The notes: generated by a model from the letters alone, not told the origin. A stretch of 64,000 nucleotides of DNA from Octopus vulgaris (GCA_951406725.2 OX597823.1:109430001-109494000); one strand, 5' to 3'. Positions 1-14,590 are shown, counted from the stretch's first letter. A program made the numbers and translations.

Positions 1-36
1 ATATGTGTATATAAACATATCCACACATATATATAA

Positions 37-79
<43 letters not shown>

Positions 80-514
80 TATATACCAACGTACAAAATA
101 TGTGTATATATTTATATACACATGTATGAACATATGTATGCGTATATAATTATACATGCGTAAACATGCGAATATGTGTTTCTGCAAATGTGACACAAAC
201 GCGTACATAAATATTTACACACATACGCAAATACAAACATAGGCATTTAAAATTTAAACAACTAGACACACATGAATGTGCTCACGGTGTACGTGTATTT
301 CAGAACTACTGTTTACACCAAAACATCACTGATAACGCCATTAATGCTTCCACAGTCACTAACACCAACACCATCATCAACACCACAACAACAACTACGA
401 ATACTGCTGTTCCCCACCTCGTCATCCTACTACTAATACTACTACTACAAAATGCTAAGAATATTTTTAATAACTTTGTTACAAATAGTACAAACATCCA
501 CTACAAATATTGTT

Positions 515-633
515 TTCGAATATTGGCACAAGTCCAGCAATTTCGGGGATCTGGGTTCCGTCGATCCCAATTCCCAGACGATCCCGAAAGGATGAAAAGT
601 AAAGTCGACCTCGGCGGAATTTGAACTCATAAC
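515..633 (-). mobile_element. SINE family B fragment (tRNA-like head, Meta/MESC-like central domain)
   Basis: Reverse complement has GAGTTCAAATTCC (B-box-like) and TTTTCATCCTTTCGGGATCG, shared with many copies in the window. Confidence 0.8.
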
Positions 634-668
634 ATAAAGAGATGAAATGCTGCTCTGCATTTGTGATG

Positions 669-1146
669 GAGGTTACTTTCCAGCACAAGCTATTGCTTGT
701 AAAAGAGTTAAACTAACTCAAAAGTCACACAGAACTATACTTAATGACTGACAAAGGGCGGTAAGTCTCCGGTGTATCGGAACGAGCGATTTCGGATTTT
801 GATGTACAGTAACTAAATCTTCTTCAGCGACTCTTAACGCCTAGGATTGAACTGAACTACTTATGTCTGTCTTATAATAATGTTTACACTTTTACTACTT
901 AGAAAATCAGCACAGGTCTTTCAACGGTTTTACTTATTAGACTGGCAGAGTTAGTTGAGTTTAACCCTAAGCGTTAAGAGTCGCTGACGAGGATTAAGAT
1001 ACTATGCATAAAGATCTGAGATCGTTCGATCAGGCTATGTACGCTGGGAACTTAGATCCCTTCCTCAGTTATTAAGTACAGTGCTTTGTGGATTTTGAGA
1101 TATGTAACTCTTGTCTCTAGTAATGACCGGTGTTGGAAAGTACCCT
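669..1146. repeat. Long diverged inverted repeat (foldback), ~200-bp arms
   Basis: 824-845 vs 966-987 match 21/22 as reverse complement; similarity continues to 717-758 vs 1058-1099 and 669-716 vs 1100-1146. Confidence 0.85.
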
Positions 1147-1216
1147 CTGTCGATTTTGTGACCTCAATTAGTTTTGCCTTTAGGTTCAATTTGCAAAAAA
1201 ACAACCATTTAATTTG

Positions 1217-1249
<33 letters not shown>

Positions 1250-1254
1250 CACAC

Positions 1255-1365
<111 letters not shown>

Positions 1366-1384
1366 TACACACACAAATATATAA

Positions 1385-1560
1385 TGCTCGTAGCTTAGTT
1401 TTTCCTTGGGGCTGGCCGGATCGGAGCGATCTCAAGATTAATCAGCCGAAATTGCGAGGATGATCCGATTCTTAACTGAAGATTAGAGGCTTCGAATGAC
1501 CCGTCCGTTTTTTGTGTCGTCTATTTGAATGTTTTGCGTTCTTGTCCCATTTTGTATTTA
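1385..1560 (+). mobile_element. (TA)n-embedded non-coding repeat family P1 (Penelope pLTR-like, degenerate HHR-like motifs)
   Basis: Homologous to 38975-39188, 50491-50800 and 63061-63217 (CAGCCGAAATTG..GGATGATCC..ACTGAAGA..CTTCGAA); flanked by (TA)n. Confidence 0.65.
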
Positions 1561-1574
1561 TATATATATCTTTT

Positions 1575-1635
<61 letters not shown>

Positions 1636-2028
1636 CATACGATAATATATGCACACATACATATATATTTACGAACAAACTATATTTGAAGAAGACTTCA
1701 TGGTAAAACTCCGGACATGTTCCAACCACCGTTATTAATAGTTGATAAAATAAAATTCGCCATCGAAACCGGTAACATTTTATATTTTCTATAAATATAA
1801 AACATTTTTTTATTATTTTATTGATTTCTTTCGGAATTAGAATGTCTTAAATTTACTTCAGTATTATTTCCGCCCCCATCTTTTCTAAATAAAAAAGTTT
1901 GATATGCATAGATCTCTTATCTTTTTTCATCTATGTACGTATATACATATGTATATAAACACACACGCACACACACACACACACATATATGTATGTACGG
2001 ATACATATATGCATACATATGTGTACAT

Positions 2029-2208
2029 AGGTGCAGGAGTGGCTGCGTGGTAAGTAGCTTGCTAACCAACAACATGGTTCCGGGTTCATTCCCACTGCGT
2101 GGCATCTTGGGCAAGTGTCTTCTGCTATAGCCCCGGGCCGACCAATGCCTTGTGAGTGGATTTGGTAGACGGAAACTGAAAGAAGCCCGTCGTATATATG
2201 TATATTTA

Positions 2209-2268
<60 letters not shown>

Positions 2269-2452
2269 CGTGTGTGTGTGTTTGTCCCCTTAGTATTGCT
2301 TGACAACCGTTACCTAGCGGTTCGGCAAAAGAGATCGATAGATTAAGTACTGGGATTACAAAGAATAAGTCCCGGGGTCAATTTGCTCGACTAAAGGCGG
2401 TGTTCCAACATGGCCACAGTCAAATGACTAAAACAAGTAAAAGAGTAAAAGA
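2029..2452 (+). mobile_element. SINE family A (tRNA-like head, CORE-like CTTGGGCAAGT, internal (TA)n(TG)n, CR1-like tail)
   Basis: A-box TGGCTGCGTGG, B-box GGTTCATTCCC, tail GGCGGTGTTCCAACATGGCC..AGTAAAAG repeats; many copies in window. Confidence 0.9.
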
Positions 2453-2488
2453 GATATATATTTATATATGTGCGTATGTATATTTATT

Positions 2489-2546
<58 letters not shown>

Positions 2547-2749
2547 CAAATTGAGATAGGGGTTGTGGGTGCATATATATATATATATACATATACATTT
2601 ATGTATGTATATATATATATACATTTATTTATTTATGTATATATACATATATATACATACATACATATATATTTATACGCATACATACCTATGCATCTCT
2701 TTATCTCTGTGTGTATGCATAGATACGTAGACTCTCATACACACATACA

Positions 2750-2929
<180 letters not shown>

Positions 2930-3349
2930 TGCATGTATATATATATATGTATGCATGTATGTATGTATATTCGGCTAGAAGCATCATCAGACTAGTATAT
3001 ACGCAATACTGGACATTTGTCAAAGATATTTCAAAAACATAAATGCATAAATAAATATATAAATAAAAATAAATGAATAAATGAAATGAAAATAGTCCAA
3101 GAACTGTCGATGACCTCTTTAAAATGGAAAACAATGACATGGCATATGGTATGGTGGAGTGGTGGGGACATATAAGTGCCGGTGGAGACGTGGGTGATGT
3201 TCCCAGGAGGGAGTTAATGACAGCGTGTAGAGCCAAAAGAGGTGATGTGCATTGATGTTGTTGTAGCAGATGAGTCCTGGCGAGTAACTGGGTGGGTTGT
3301 GCATTTTGTGCAAGTGAGAGTGTCCTACAATACATGCATGCATGTATGC

Positions 3350-3386
<37 letters not shown>

Positions 3387-3714
3387 TATCTGTGTGTATA
3401 TGTAAGTATGTATGTATGTGTAAGCAGGTATGTTTGTATGTATGAATGATTTTATGCATGTGAGAAAGCGTATATGCTCTTGATTTAGTGTGTTTACGTA
3501 TATACGTATGTATACATATTCATACATACACACACACACATACACATATATATATATATTTATATATAAATACATACATATATACATACATATATATATA
3601 TATATATACACATATATATATATTTATATATACACATATATGTTTATATGTATATATATACAAAAATGCATATATATACATATATACATACATATATATA
3701 CGAATGTATATATT

Positions 3715-3745
<31 letters not shown>

Positions 3746-4034
3746 GTGTGTGTGTGTGTGCGTACATACATGCACACATACACACACATGATAATATGCT
3801 GGAATTATGAAAATATGTATTTATGACTATATTTAGGCATATACCTATATATGCATGTACGTATGGATGTGTGTGTATATATTTATATATATCTATATCT
3901 ATATATATGTTATTTTTTTGTTTGTTTTGTTTTGTTTTTGTTTTTCCAGTTTCATCTTGAGCTATATATATACCGCATTGTGGTGAAAGATATATATACC
4001 CCCTATATAGAGCTATGTTTTCGCTAATATATAC

Positions 4035-4101
4035 ACACAACGCCCGGTATGAGAATCGAACCCGATCTCGACCGCGAGCCGCTCCTAGACTAGGCCATTG
4101 C
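4035..4101 (-). mobile_element. Degenerate head of SINE family C
   Basis: Reverse complement resembles GGCAATGGCC..GCGGCTCGCGGTCG..GGTTCGATTC..CCGGGCGTTGTG of the copy at 41082. Confidence 0.6.
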
Positions 4102-4288
4102 CTATATATATATATATATAAGAGAGAGAGAGAGAGTGTGAGAGCGGTAGTTGTATGCTTGTGTTGGAGTGGAGGCATATACGTTTATCTCGCTGGATAT
4201 ATTATGTCTTTTTATGCACCCACGAGTCTATGGAGTGGCCGGAGGCCTGGGCAGCGGGATGTATGGGGAATAACTTGTGAGTCTGCGG

Positions 4289-4324
<36 letters not shown>

Positions 4325-4534
4325 TATATATGGACAGAGTGTTGGGTGATGCAGTTGGTGAGTAGGGACAGAGGAAATGTATTGGGCGTCAATGTTTAAG
4401 ATTGAGAGCGATTGGTAGGGGGCGGGGCGAGGGCGCGGAGTGTGAAAACAACATGATATGACGAATAAAAGGAAAAAAAGAGAGAGAGAGACAACCGTAA
4501 AAACTTCGACAAAAGATGTCAACATCATCAACAT

Positions 4535-4539
<5 letters not shown>

Positions 4540-4566
<27 letters not shown>

Positions 4567-4603
4567 GCGTTAGTAGCACTGCTATTCAGTGTTTGAACCG
4601 CCC

Positions 4604-4693
<90 letters not shown>

Positions 4694-4732
4694 CCACTAC
4701 TACGAATACCACTACTGCTACTGCTGCTGCTG

Positions 4733-4830
<98 letters not shown>

Positions 4831-4993
4831 TCCACTACTACAAATACCACTACTGCTACTGCTGCTTCTGCCACTACTACTACTACAGCTGCTGCTGCCA
4901 CTACTACTATGGCTGCTGCTGCTACTACTACTACTACTGATGCTGCTGCTGCTGCTGCTGCTGCTGCTTCCACTACTACAAATACCACTACTG

Positions 4994-5025
<32 letters not shown>

Positions 5026-5087
5026 GTTGCTGCTGCTGCTACTACTACTACTACTACTACAACAACAACTACTACTACTACTACTAC
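4540..5087. repeat. Compound (CTA)n/(CTG)n microsatellite with 138-bp higher-order unit
   Basis: Anchor CTTCCACTACTAC(G/A)AATACCACTACTGC at 4691, 4829 and 4967. Confidence 0.9.
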
Positions 5088-5088
5088 A

Positions 5089-5471
5089 CGTAGCACTCCG
5101 TCGGTTACGACGACGAGGGTTCCAGTTGAACCGATCGATGGGACAGCTTGCTCGTGAAATTAACGTGCAAGTGGCCGAGCACACCACAGACACGTGTATC
5201 CTTTACGTAGTTCTCGGGGATGTTCAGCGTGACACAGAGTGTGACAAGACTGGTCCCTTGGAAATACAGGGACAACAGAAACAGGAGGAGAGAGTGAGAG
5301 AAAGTTGTGGGGAAAAGAATACAGCAGGGTTCACCACAACGCACTTGCTGGAGCCTCGTGGAACTTTAGCAGTTTTCGCCCAATAAACAGTCACAACGCC
5401 CGGTCTGGAAATCGAAACCGCGATCCTATGACCGCGAGCCCACTGCCCAAGCCACTGGATCACTGCGTCTC
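5089..5471 (-). mobile_element. SINE family C, full length (tRNA-derived; possibly related to octopus OR-type SINEs)
   Basis: Aligns in reverse with 41082-41469 over its whole length. Confidence 0.85.
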
Positions 5472-5473
5472 TA

Positions 5474-5551
<78 letters not shown>

Positions 5552-5580
5552 GTTATAATAATGATAACAATCTTGCCTAA

Positions 5581-5732
5581 TATAGGCACAAGGCCTGAAA
5601 TTTTCTGGGAGGGGACTGGTTGATTACATCGACCTCAGTATTCAACTGGTACTTAGTTTATCGACCCCGAAAGTATGAAAGACAAAGTCGACCTCGGCTT
5701 AATTTGACCTCAGAACGTCGAGGCAGACGAAA
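5581..5732 (-). mobile_element. SINE family B fragment
   Basis: ACTGGTACTTAGTTTATCGACCCCGAAAG..TGAAAG..AAAGTCGACCTCGGC. Confidence 0.8.
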
Positions 5733-6310
5733 TGCAGACTCTGTGGAAAGAATATGGAAAATGCGACCCACTTGGTTGGTGGATGTGAGAGCCTGGCACA
5801 AAAAGAATACAAGCACCGCCACAATAAAGTGTATGTATATGTTCATTGGCTCTTATGTCGTAAATACCATTATGAAGAAACAGAGATCTGGTATGAGCAT
5901 GTACCGAGTAAACTTAATCAGGATGATGGAAAACTAACGATAGTATGGGACTACAATTTTCAAACGGATTGTGTAATCGAATACCGTCGGCCGGATATTG
6001 TCATATTGAATAAGCGAGGCTAATATTGTCAGATCATTGATGTAGTCATACCAAATGACATGAAAGCCACCAACTACTCCGAATTGAAAGTGGAAATGGC
6101 AAGTCTGTAGGGAATGCGAGAGAATAATGCTCCGGTGGTGATTGGAACATTGGGCTCAATCCCATTGAAACCTCAAAACTTCTTAAGGCAACTGGAAATC
6201 CCATGCAAGATTGATGTCTTGCAAAAAACAGCTTGTCTGAGGTACCTGTTTGACTTGACAGATGACTAAAGACTCCGGTGCATTTTAACCTACATTGTGT
6301 TACGAAGGAA
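5733..6310 (+). pseudogene. R4/Dong-like non-LTR retrotransposon 3' fragment (CCHC knuckle plus restriction-like endonuclease), decayed
   Basis: CRLCG..H..C..RHNKV, WDYNFQTD..RRPDIVIL..IIDV, PVVIGTLG; stops and deletions; ends in (TAA)n. Confidence 0.85.
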
Positions 6311-6316
6311 TAATAA

Positions 6317-6654
<338 letters not shown>

Positions 6655-6788
6655 GACAATAATAACGATAATAATTCTGTGTAATAATAATGCACTAATA
6701 ATAATAATCACCCTGTCGTGCACATAATGCATGACTAATCAATAATGATGGGCTTCGTATATTTTACCCCAGTTTCTCTCACTCAATA

Positions 6789-6878
<90 letters not shown>

Positions 6879-6881
<3 letters not shown>

Positions 6882-7435
6882 GCCCTGATGCAGTACCAGG
6901 CAGTGGCTCTCATGGCTTCTGATCTTAACTGATTGGAAGTGTTATCATGTACATTGTTTTGTCTTGGTATAAAAGATGGGCTACAGCAAATATTCTGCTC
7001 AATACCACAGATTTGCTTGTCAGTTGTTTGACCTTAACCAGTTGAGCATGTCCCTTAGTGGCTGACGATATGTGCATCTCTGATCACGAGCAGAAGTAGT
7101 GGGGGAGCATCATAGCCATGTGTTGAGAGGGATTCTTTGGAGTTTGAATAATTCACCTCTGGAAACATGGGTGGTTCTTTCAACATACTTAAACAACCCT
7201 TATTCAGGGACCTTTTGAGCGGGATGGGCTACTCAACCTGAAGAAAATTCTAACTGGGCCCCACCTGCAAGGTCATGTGCTGTTTATCTTGATATGAGAT
7301 CACCATGTCGCGCACATATGGTTGTGATGCATGTGCCTGGTGTACCCTTATCAGACGGGTAGTCATGATGGGTATATTGGGCTTCGTATATTTTATCCCA
7401 GTCTCACTTTGATGGCATGAACTGCTCTCTCACTC

Positions 7436-7436
<1 letters not shown>
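6879..7436 (+). mobile_element. Family T element, longest copy (unclassified, non-autonomous; strand arbitrary)
   Basis: Near-identical to 7482-7998 and homologous in reverse to 19400-19812; flanked by (TAA)n. Confidence 0.85.
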
Positions 7437-7469
<33 letters not shown>

Positions 7470-7481
7470 CAACAATAATTA

Positions 7482-7998
7482 TGATCTTAACTGATTGGAC
7501 GTGTTATCATGTACATTGTTTTGTCTTGGTATAAAAGATGGGCTACAGCAAATATTCTGCTCAATACCACAGATTTGCTTGTCAGTTGTTTGACCGTAAC
7601 CAGTTGAGCATGTCCCTTAGTGGCTGACGATATGTGCATCTCTGATCACGAGCAGAAGTAGTGGGGGAGCATCATAGCCATGTGTTGAGAAGGATTCTTT
7701 GGGGTTTGAATAATTCACCTCTGGAAACATGGGTGTTTCGTTCAACGTCCTTAAACAACCCTTATTCAGGGACCTTTTGAACGGGATGGGTTACTCGATC
7801 TGAAGAAAATTCTAACTGGGCTCCACCTGCAAGGTCATGTGCTGTTTATCTTGATATGAGATCACCATGTCGCGCACATATGGTTGTGATGCATGTGCCT
7901 GGTGTACCCTTATCAGACGGGTAGTCATGATGGGTATACTGGGCTTCGTATATTTTACCCCAGTGTCACTTTGATGGCATGCTCTGCTCGCTCACTCA
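7482..7998 (+). mobile_element. Family T element, tandem copy
   Basis: Direct repeat of 6920-7436 separated from it by TAA repeats. Confidence 0.85.
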
Positions 7999-8027
7999 AT
8001 GATAATAATAATAATAATAATAATAAT

Positions 8028-8810
8028 GTTGAGCGATTGCTTGGAAAAAGTATGGCAAAGTGGAAGACGTTTATGGAAGATGTTTAGGGGCAATAAATAT
8101 CTGGAGAGGCATCTCCCAAGTGTATTGCATCTCCCCACTGATCTTTGTATTGTGAATGATACGACTAACACTAATTCTGAGGAAAGCAAAGGCTGGGTAT
8201 GTATTCAAAAGCCGCCAGAAAAATGTCAATCACTTGTTGACATTTTTGGATGACCTCAAATATTATGGTAAAAATGATCCTAAGTCAGTTCCCTCGGCGT
8301 ATACTTTCAATGCTGAAATCAGAATGGAGTTCGGACTTAAAAAGTGCGGTGTGTTAGTTTTGAACAGAGGCAAAATCAAATGTATGAGCGGGTTAGCGAT
8401 ACCATCGGGGGAGGTTATGAAGCAGATTGAAGAGACGGGCTTGGAGATACCGGAAATGAATAAATTGAAGGAGAAAGAAATGACGGACTGAGACCGATCC
8501 TTAAGTCAATATTAAATGGACAGAATAAGATTCAAGATAGCAACACCTGGGCGGTTTCACTACTTAGATATGGAGCAGGGGTAATTCCTCGGACAGCAGA
8601 CGAACTAAACAGCTTAGACAGAAAGACGAGGAATTTGCTGACGAGATGGGATACTCCACGTCAAATGTGACCCAGACAGACTGTATGTACCAAGAAAAAA
8701 GAGAGGGAAGATGACTGATTGGATGTGAACACAGTATTGGAGCAGAAGAAAACAACATAGCATTGTATGTACAGAACAACTATTACATGAAAGTAGGAAG
8801 GTCAGGCTTG
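8028..8810 (+). pseudogene. R4/Dong-like reverse transcriptase fragment, decayed
   Basis: NHLLTFLDDLK..G, IRMEFGLKKCGVLVLNRGK, followed by a RYGAGVIP/RLYVPRK-like region. Confidence 0.8.
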
Positions 8811-9644
8811 AGTATCATTCAGACAAACGCTGTTGTACAGTAGAAAAAATGAGGTCGTCTGAATGTACAACTGTTTCACCAAGCAGACAATCTGCTGGCT
8901 TGGAACTATTTGCAAAGAATCTTGACGGTAAAGCAATCATTATGTCCATAGAAAAATGTTCATTCAGATAAAGGATACCATAACATTAACAGGAAAAGTA
9001 ACTTCTGTACTTGTGATGGATATATTGCATCTAATCTAGCAGGACACGCCTTTGTTTTTTAGGAGTGGGTGATAACCACATAAAACTGGACTACTATAAA
9101 TGGTAAGGATTCCTCTAAAACTCCACGTTGAGATAGAAAATATCGATTGCATCAAAAACTTTTAGAATATATCTCCTTGAAAGTTGCCCGAAGATGTTTG
9201 CGAGGTGCTATATTCACACGAGGTATAATGGCTAACCAAAGATATTTACAATGATATCCGCAGGACGAATTATTTTGACGCTAGAGTAATGGCACCTTAG
9301 AATCGTATTCTACCTACACCATTATATGTAAAGAATGCGAATGGCACATTCTTATGTAAGTAGCATTTTGGAACAAAAAACGCAACAAACTTCAGACACG
9401 GAGCAAAACCCATGCATTGTCGTTGAGCTCAGCTTGCAAGCAGACATGTTTACCCATAAAAGAATTCTGGAAAACAAGAACGCTTATGGCGAACTTATGC
9501 AAGACATGTACTTCGGCTATAAATTCTTAATTTACCCATTACCATTGGGGTACTACATAAATCTATTACATAAATGTTAATGTTTTGGTATCCTTTATCT
9601 TGCAGGATAAATCTGAATGAAAAATTTTCTATGGACATAATGAT

Positions 9645-9790
9645 TACTTTCTGTCTAAGCTCTTTAGTTCATCTGCTGTCCAAGGAATTACCCCTGCTCC
9701 ATATCTATGTAGTGAAACCGCCCATGTGTTGATAGCTTGAATCTTATTCTGTCCGTTTAATTTCGACTTAAGGATCGGTCTCAGTCCGTC
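9645..9790 (-). pseudogene. Inverted duplicate of the R4/Dong RT fragment
   Basis: ILKSKLNGQNKIQAINTWAVSL.RYGAGVIPWTADELKSLDRK; reverse complement of ~8482-8625. Confidence 0.8.
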
Positions 9791-10181
9791 ATTTCTGAAA
9801 ATGTTTTCTAATAAAAGGTGAAGCAGACTAACTTCCACCCTTCAAAGCCAATCAGGATTATAGTGAAGTTTTCTAAATATTTTCCTACAACACAATTTCT
9901 GGCTCCAAGATAGAATGCTTACACCATTATATGTATAAATACGGTACAGTTACATTTACATACAAGGCAACGAGCTGAAAACATGCTTGGCGACATTTCG
10001 TCTTTCTTCACGTTTTAAATTAATTTTCTGCTCAGGCTGAATGTACCTTTCATCCTTTAGGGCTCAATAAAACAAGTACCAGCTGAGCAACTATGTTTGA
10101 TGTATATTTTCACCCGAAATTGCTGGCCTTGGGCCAAAATTTGAAACCAGTTACATATACATGTATAACAAACATACGTAA

Positions 10182-10600
10182 GGCGCAGGATTAGTTGTGT
10201 GGTAAGTAGCTTGCTAACCAACCACATGGTTCCGGGTTCAGTCCCACTGCGTGGCATCTTGGGCAAGTGTCTTCTGCTATAGCCCCGGGCCGACCAATGC
10301 CTTGTGAGTGGATTTGGTAGACGGAAACTGAAAGAAGCCTGTCGTATATATGTATATATATATATGTATGTGTGTGTGTTTGTGTGTCTGTGTCTGTGTT
10401 TGTTCCCCTAGCATTGCTTGACAACCGATGCTGGTGTGTTTATGTCCCTGTCACTTAGCGGTTCGGCAAAAAGAGACCGATAGAATAAGTACTGGGCTTA
10501 CAAAAAGAATAAGTCCCGGGGTCGAGTTGCTCGACTAAAAGCGGTGCTCCAGCATGGCTGCAGTCAAATGACTGAAACAAGTAAAATAGTAAATAGTAAA
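10182..10600 (+). mobile_element. SINE family A, full length
   Basis: Aligns with 2029-2452 and 62308-62725. Confidence 0.9.
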
Positions 10601-12191
10601 CTAGTTTACCAAGTACACAATGCCCCCATTACTAGAAGCACTTTCACATATCGTTACAAAATGCTCACATACAATTAATACCCTTGAAATCTCTGCAAAA
10701 GCTAACCCAGAGAATTTCATGCCAATCTGCCGTATATTTGACATTATCAAAACAGAATTACAAATACTGGGCTTTCGCATGAAGGATGAAAGACTATTTC
10801 ATCAGTATTCGTCTTTTTACGAAGCGCAAATGTAACTGAGAATGAAAATCACTCATAGAAAGATCGCATATCATAAAATATAAGTATAAATCTATACACA
10901 TTTAATGGGTGTATGAGTATTTTGACTGATGAACGATTGCAGACTGTGTTACCTTATACATTGTACTTCAAAAGCACCGGCAATACCCTACAAATATGAG
11001 CGCCCTTCTCAGTCATGAGCTTAATAGATTCACCCGACACACGTTCAAAACAAGAAACAAAACTATTAAAGTGAAAGTGAAACTGTTTCTTTCTATTTTT
11101 CACAACTACATTGGTTGATGTCGCTTGATATGAGCGAGATACACCGGACCATCCACTGCTCTTGCTTCTATCCGCTCGCATTACATACTCAGTAAATTTT
11201 ACTTTCAAAAATTACACAAATGCCTTTTTCTCCATATCTTCAAACTTTCATGTTGTCAAATACCCAGAACCGAGAATCATTCTAAATAAATGCAATCTAA
11301 TTCTGAGGAACAACTCAATCGACCTCTCCAATCACGTATCGAATACTTTGGGAACTTCCATCTCCCACGCTGACACTCTCCATCTCAATTTTCTTTAACG
11401 CCTAACACATTTTAATAAATAGAAAGACTGTTATGTGTACTATTAGCTTAGAGAAAGACGAAAAGTAAGCTTGAAGCCACAAGCAAGATTAAACTCAGAT
11501 CAGAGAAGGTGAGCTAAATATCCTAATAAAACAAGTCAGCCTAGAGCTACACACGTTACTAAGAATGGGAAGATTTTTACCAGCACGTAGTACTTACATT
11601 TAGGTGGAATCATCTTAGTAAGTATAGGTAGATATCGTGGAAACTGACATCATATTTTCAGCGATGCATTAGGTACATCTGTGCCCAACTCTCAGCCCTT
11701 TCCCGCGGTAAAATTCACTGTAGACCCGAGAGATTTTATGTAATGCGTTAGGGTCGTTGTTTAGCTGAAATCAGATTGTATGTACTATGAAAATGTCTGA
11801 AGGATCATAAGCAGTGTTATAAATGTGAACGTGTGGAATTACATATGCGCTTAAGTGTGCATATACAAGTGTGCATATGTTTCAATCGATGAATGTAGAC
11901 ATGCGTGTGAGTGTGAATGTGTGTGTGCACGGGTGTATATGAATGTATCTGTCATGCTGCTGTGTACATATATATATATATATGTATGTATCTATGTATG
12001 TATGTATATATATATATATATATATATATAGGTATTCGGGTGGGTGTATCCGAATGTTTCCATACAATGCATGTATGTTTGATGTATGTGTCGATATGTA
12101 TATATATATATATACTTCACTGGTAAAATAGATTATTGTGCGTATATAAAGAATAAAATATGTAGATATAGGGATCTATATGTATGTCTAA

Positions 12192-12236
<45 letters not shown>

Positions 12237-12551
12237 GCAGCGTATCCATAATTTAGAATATTTAAAGGCAGATAATTGACCAGGTTATTCTGATATTTTA
12301 AATGTCAATGTCATTCTAGAGAATTAAATCCTCAACATAGGATGTGCATGAGTATGTGTATATACATGCATATATTAACGTGAGTGTATTTGTGTTCATA
12401 TATGTTTGAATATATATTTATATACATATGAAATGTCTATAAATTCATACGTGCATACATACATACACACACGAACATCTATGTTTGTGCCAATAAATTC
12501 ATATATATATACATATGTATATATATGTATACTTACATGCACATATATATG

Positions 12552-12604
<53 letters not shown>

Positions 12605-13385
12605 GCGCATGTATATTTATACATATGTGAATACGTTTCTGTTGGTTACAGTGTGTTTTATAATTCTTTAGATCTTTAGAAGCCTAAAAGCATTATAGTT
12701 CCTTCCATCCGCGAGCGCTGTGGCACATTCAAAGAGCTCTAATCTAGAAACGTATTTGTATACTTAATTCTTAATAATACACATTTATATACACATTATT
12801 TTCAAAAGATATTTCCACACATACAATGAATGTACCAGCACATATAGATACATAAACAAGCACACAAATCCATGTATACATTCGCCATTTTATGAGTGTG
12901 TCATTCACTGTTGTTATATGCACTTAAGTGTATATATGCTTATTTGTGTATGTGTGTATGCCAGTGAGTATATACATATAATTCTTTAACATATATATCA
13001 ATATATAATATATGTCATAGTTGTTAAAACTGATCGGATATTCTGATAATAAAAAAAAATCATATATATACATATGTATATTCATAAAATATATATATGC
13101 GTATATGTATAAGTGGGTATGTGTGTGTGCCTTATGTGTATTTGAATGAATGCATTTGAAATCCTCTAACTTTAAAATATGGAGAAAAAATAATAGAGAA
13201 AATGGCTCCAATCCTGAATCTGCTCCTGCTGCTACCACTGCGACTGCTACTACTATTTTACTATTGAGCAACAAGGATAATAATATTTATAATTTCCTCT
13301 CTCTGTAATTTTAAACTTATTCATGCAACAAATTCGGAAAGAAAAAAAAATATATGAGAAAAAATATTAATAGTAACTTTAATGC

Positions 13386-13597
<212 letters not shown>

Positions 13598-13704
13598 CGG
13601 TTTCAGTGCTATGCATTTGCAACAACAAACAATAAATTGTAGTTTTATACGTAGTTCTAGTATATACAAGTATACAAATATGTGTGTATACACACACATA
13701 TACA

Positions 13705-13823
<119 letters not shown>

Positions 13824-14248
13824 ATATATATATGCATACATACATCGTACATACATATGCACATACTAAAGTGATATTAAATTCCAAACAAAGGATGTCG
13901 CATTTTAAATGTGTATATGCCAAGATGTAAACACGCACGCATGCGCACGCAAACACATACACACACACACACACACACACACGTACACATCCGTATACGC
14001 ATATACGCGTGGAAAGCGCACATTCATACACGATAGCACATCAAAAATACCAAGGATAAAACGACTGAATCAATAACAACATCAAAATCAAGAATGATTT
14101 TAACAGCAAAATATTTTATAGTAAAGTGTTTATATATTGTATTTGTTTTCGTGCTCGTTTTGGCTTTAATATTTGGAGATATTTAGTTACTAATGGTATG
14201 TTGTTATTGTAATTTTCCAACTTTTTCACGTTATTGTTGTTATTACTC

Positions 14249-14250
<2 letters not shown>

Positions 14251-14283
<33 letters not shown>

Positions 14284-14296
14284 GTAGTAGTAGTAA

Positions 14297-14338
<42 letters not shown>

Positions 14339-14368
14339 TAGTAGTAGTAGTAGTAGTAGTAGCAGTAA

Positions 14369-14401
<33 letters not shown>

Positions 14402-14590
14402 AATCACCATCATCATCATCATCATCAACATCATCTACTTCATCATCACCACCACCATCAACATCATCATCATTACCACCACAACCACTAGCTTCACTAG
14501 CATCATCGTCATCGTCTTCGTCACTGTCGTCATCGTCATGATTACCATCATCATCATCATCGTCATAGTCATCATCATCATCATCATCAA
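14251..14590. repeat. Compound (TTA)n-(TAG)n-(CAT)n microsatellite
   Basis: Direct reading. Confidence 0.9.

Noticed and set aside
4410-4440. GC-box-like GGGGCGGGGCGAGGGCGCGG as a promoter
   Set aside because: No adjacent gene or other support
4389-5386. 200-265-aa poly-V/A, poly-S and poly-L ORFs
   Set aside because: Stop-free trinucleotide array running into a SINE
7238-7270. CTGAAGA in family T as a hammerhead core
   Set aside because: No downstream stem II-GAAA-stem III arrangement found
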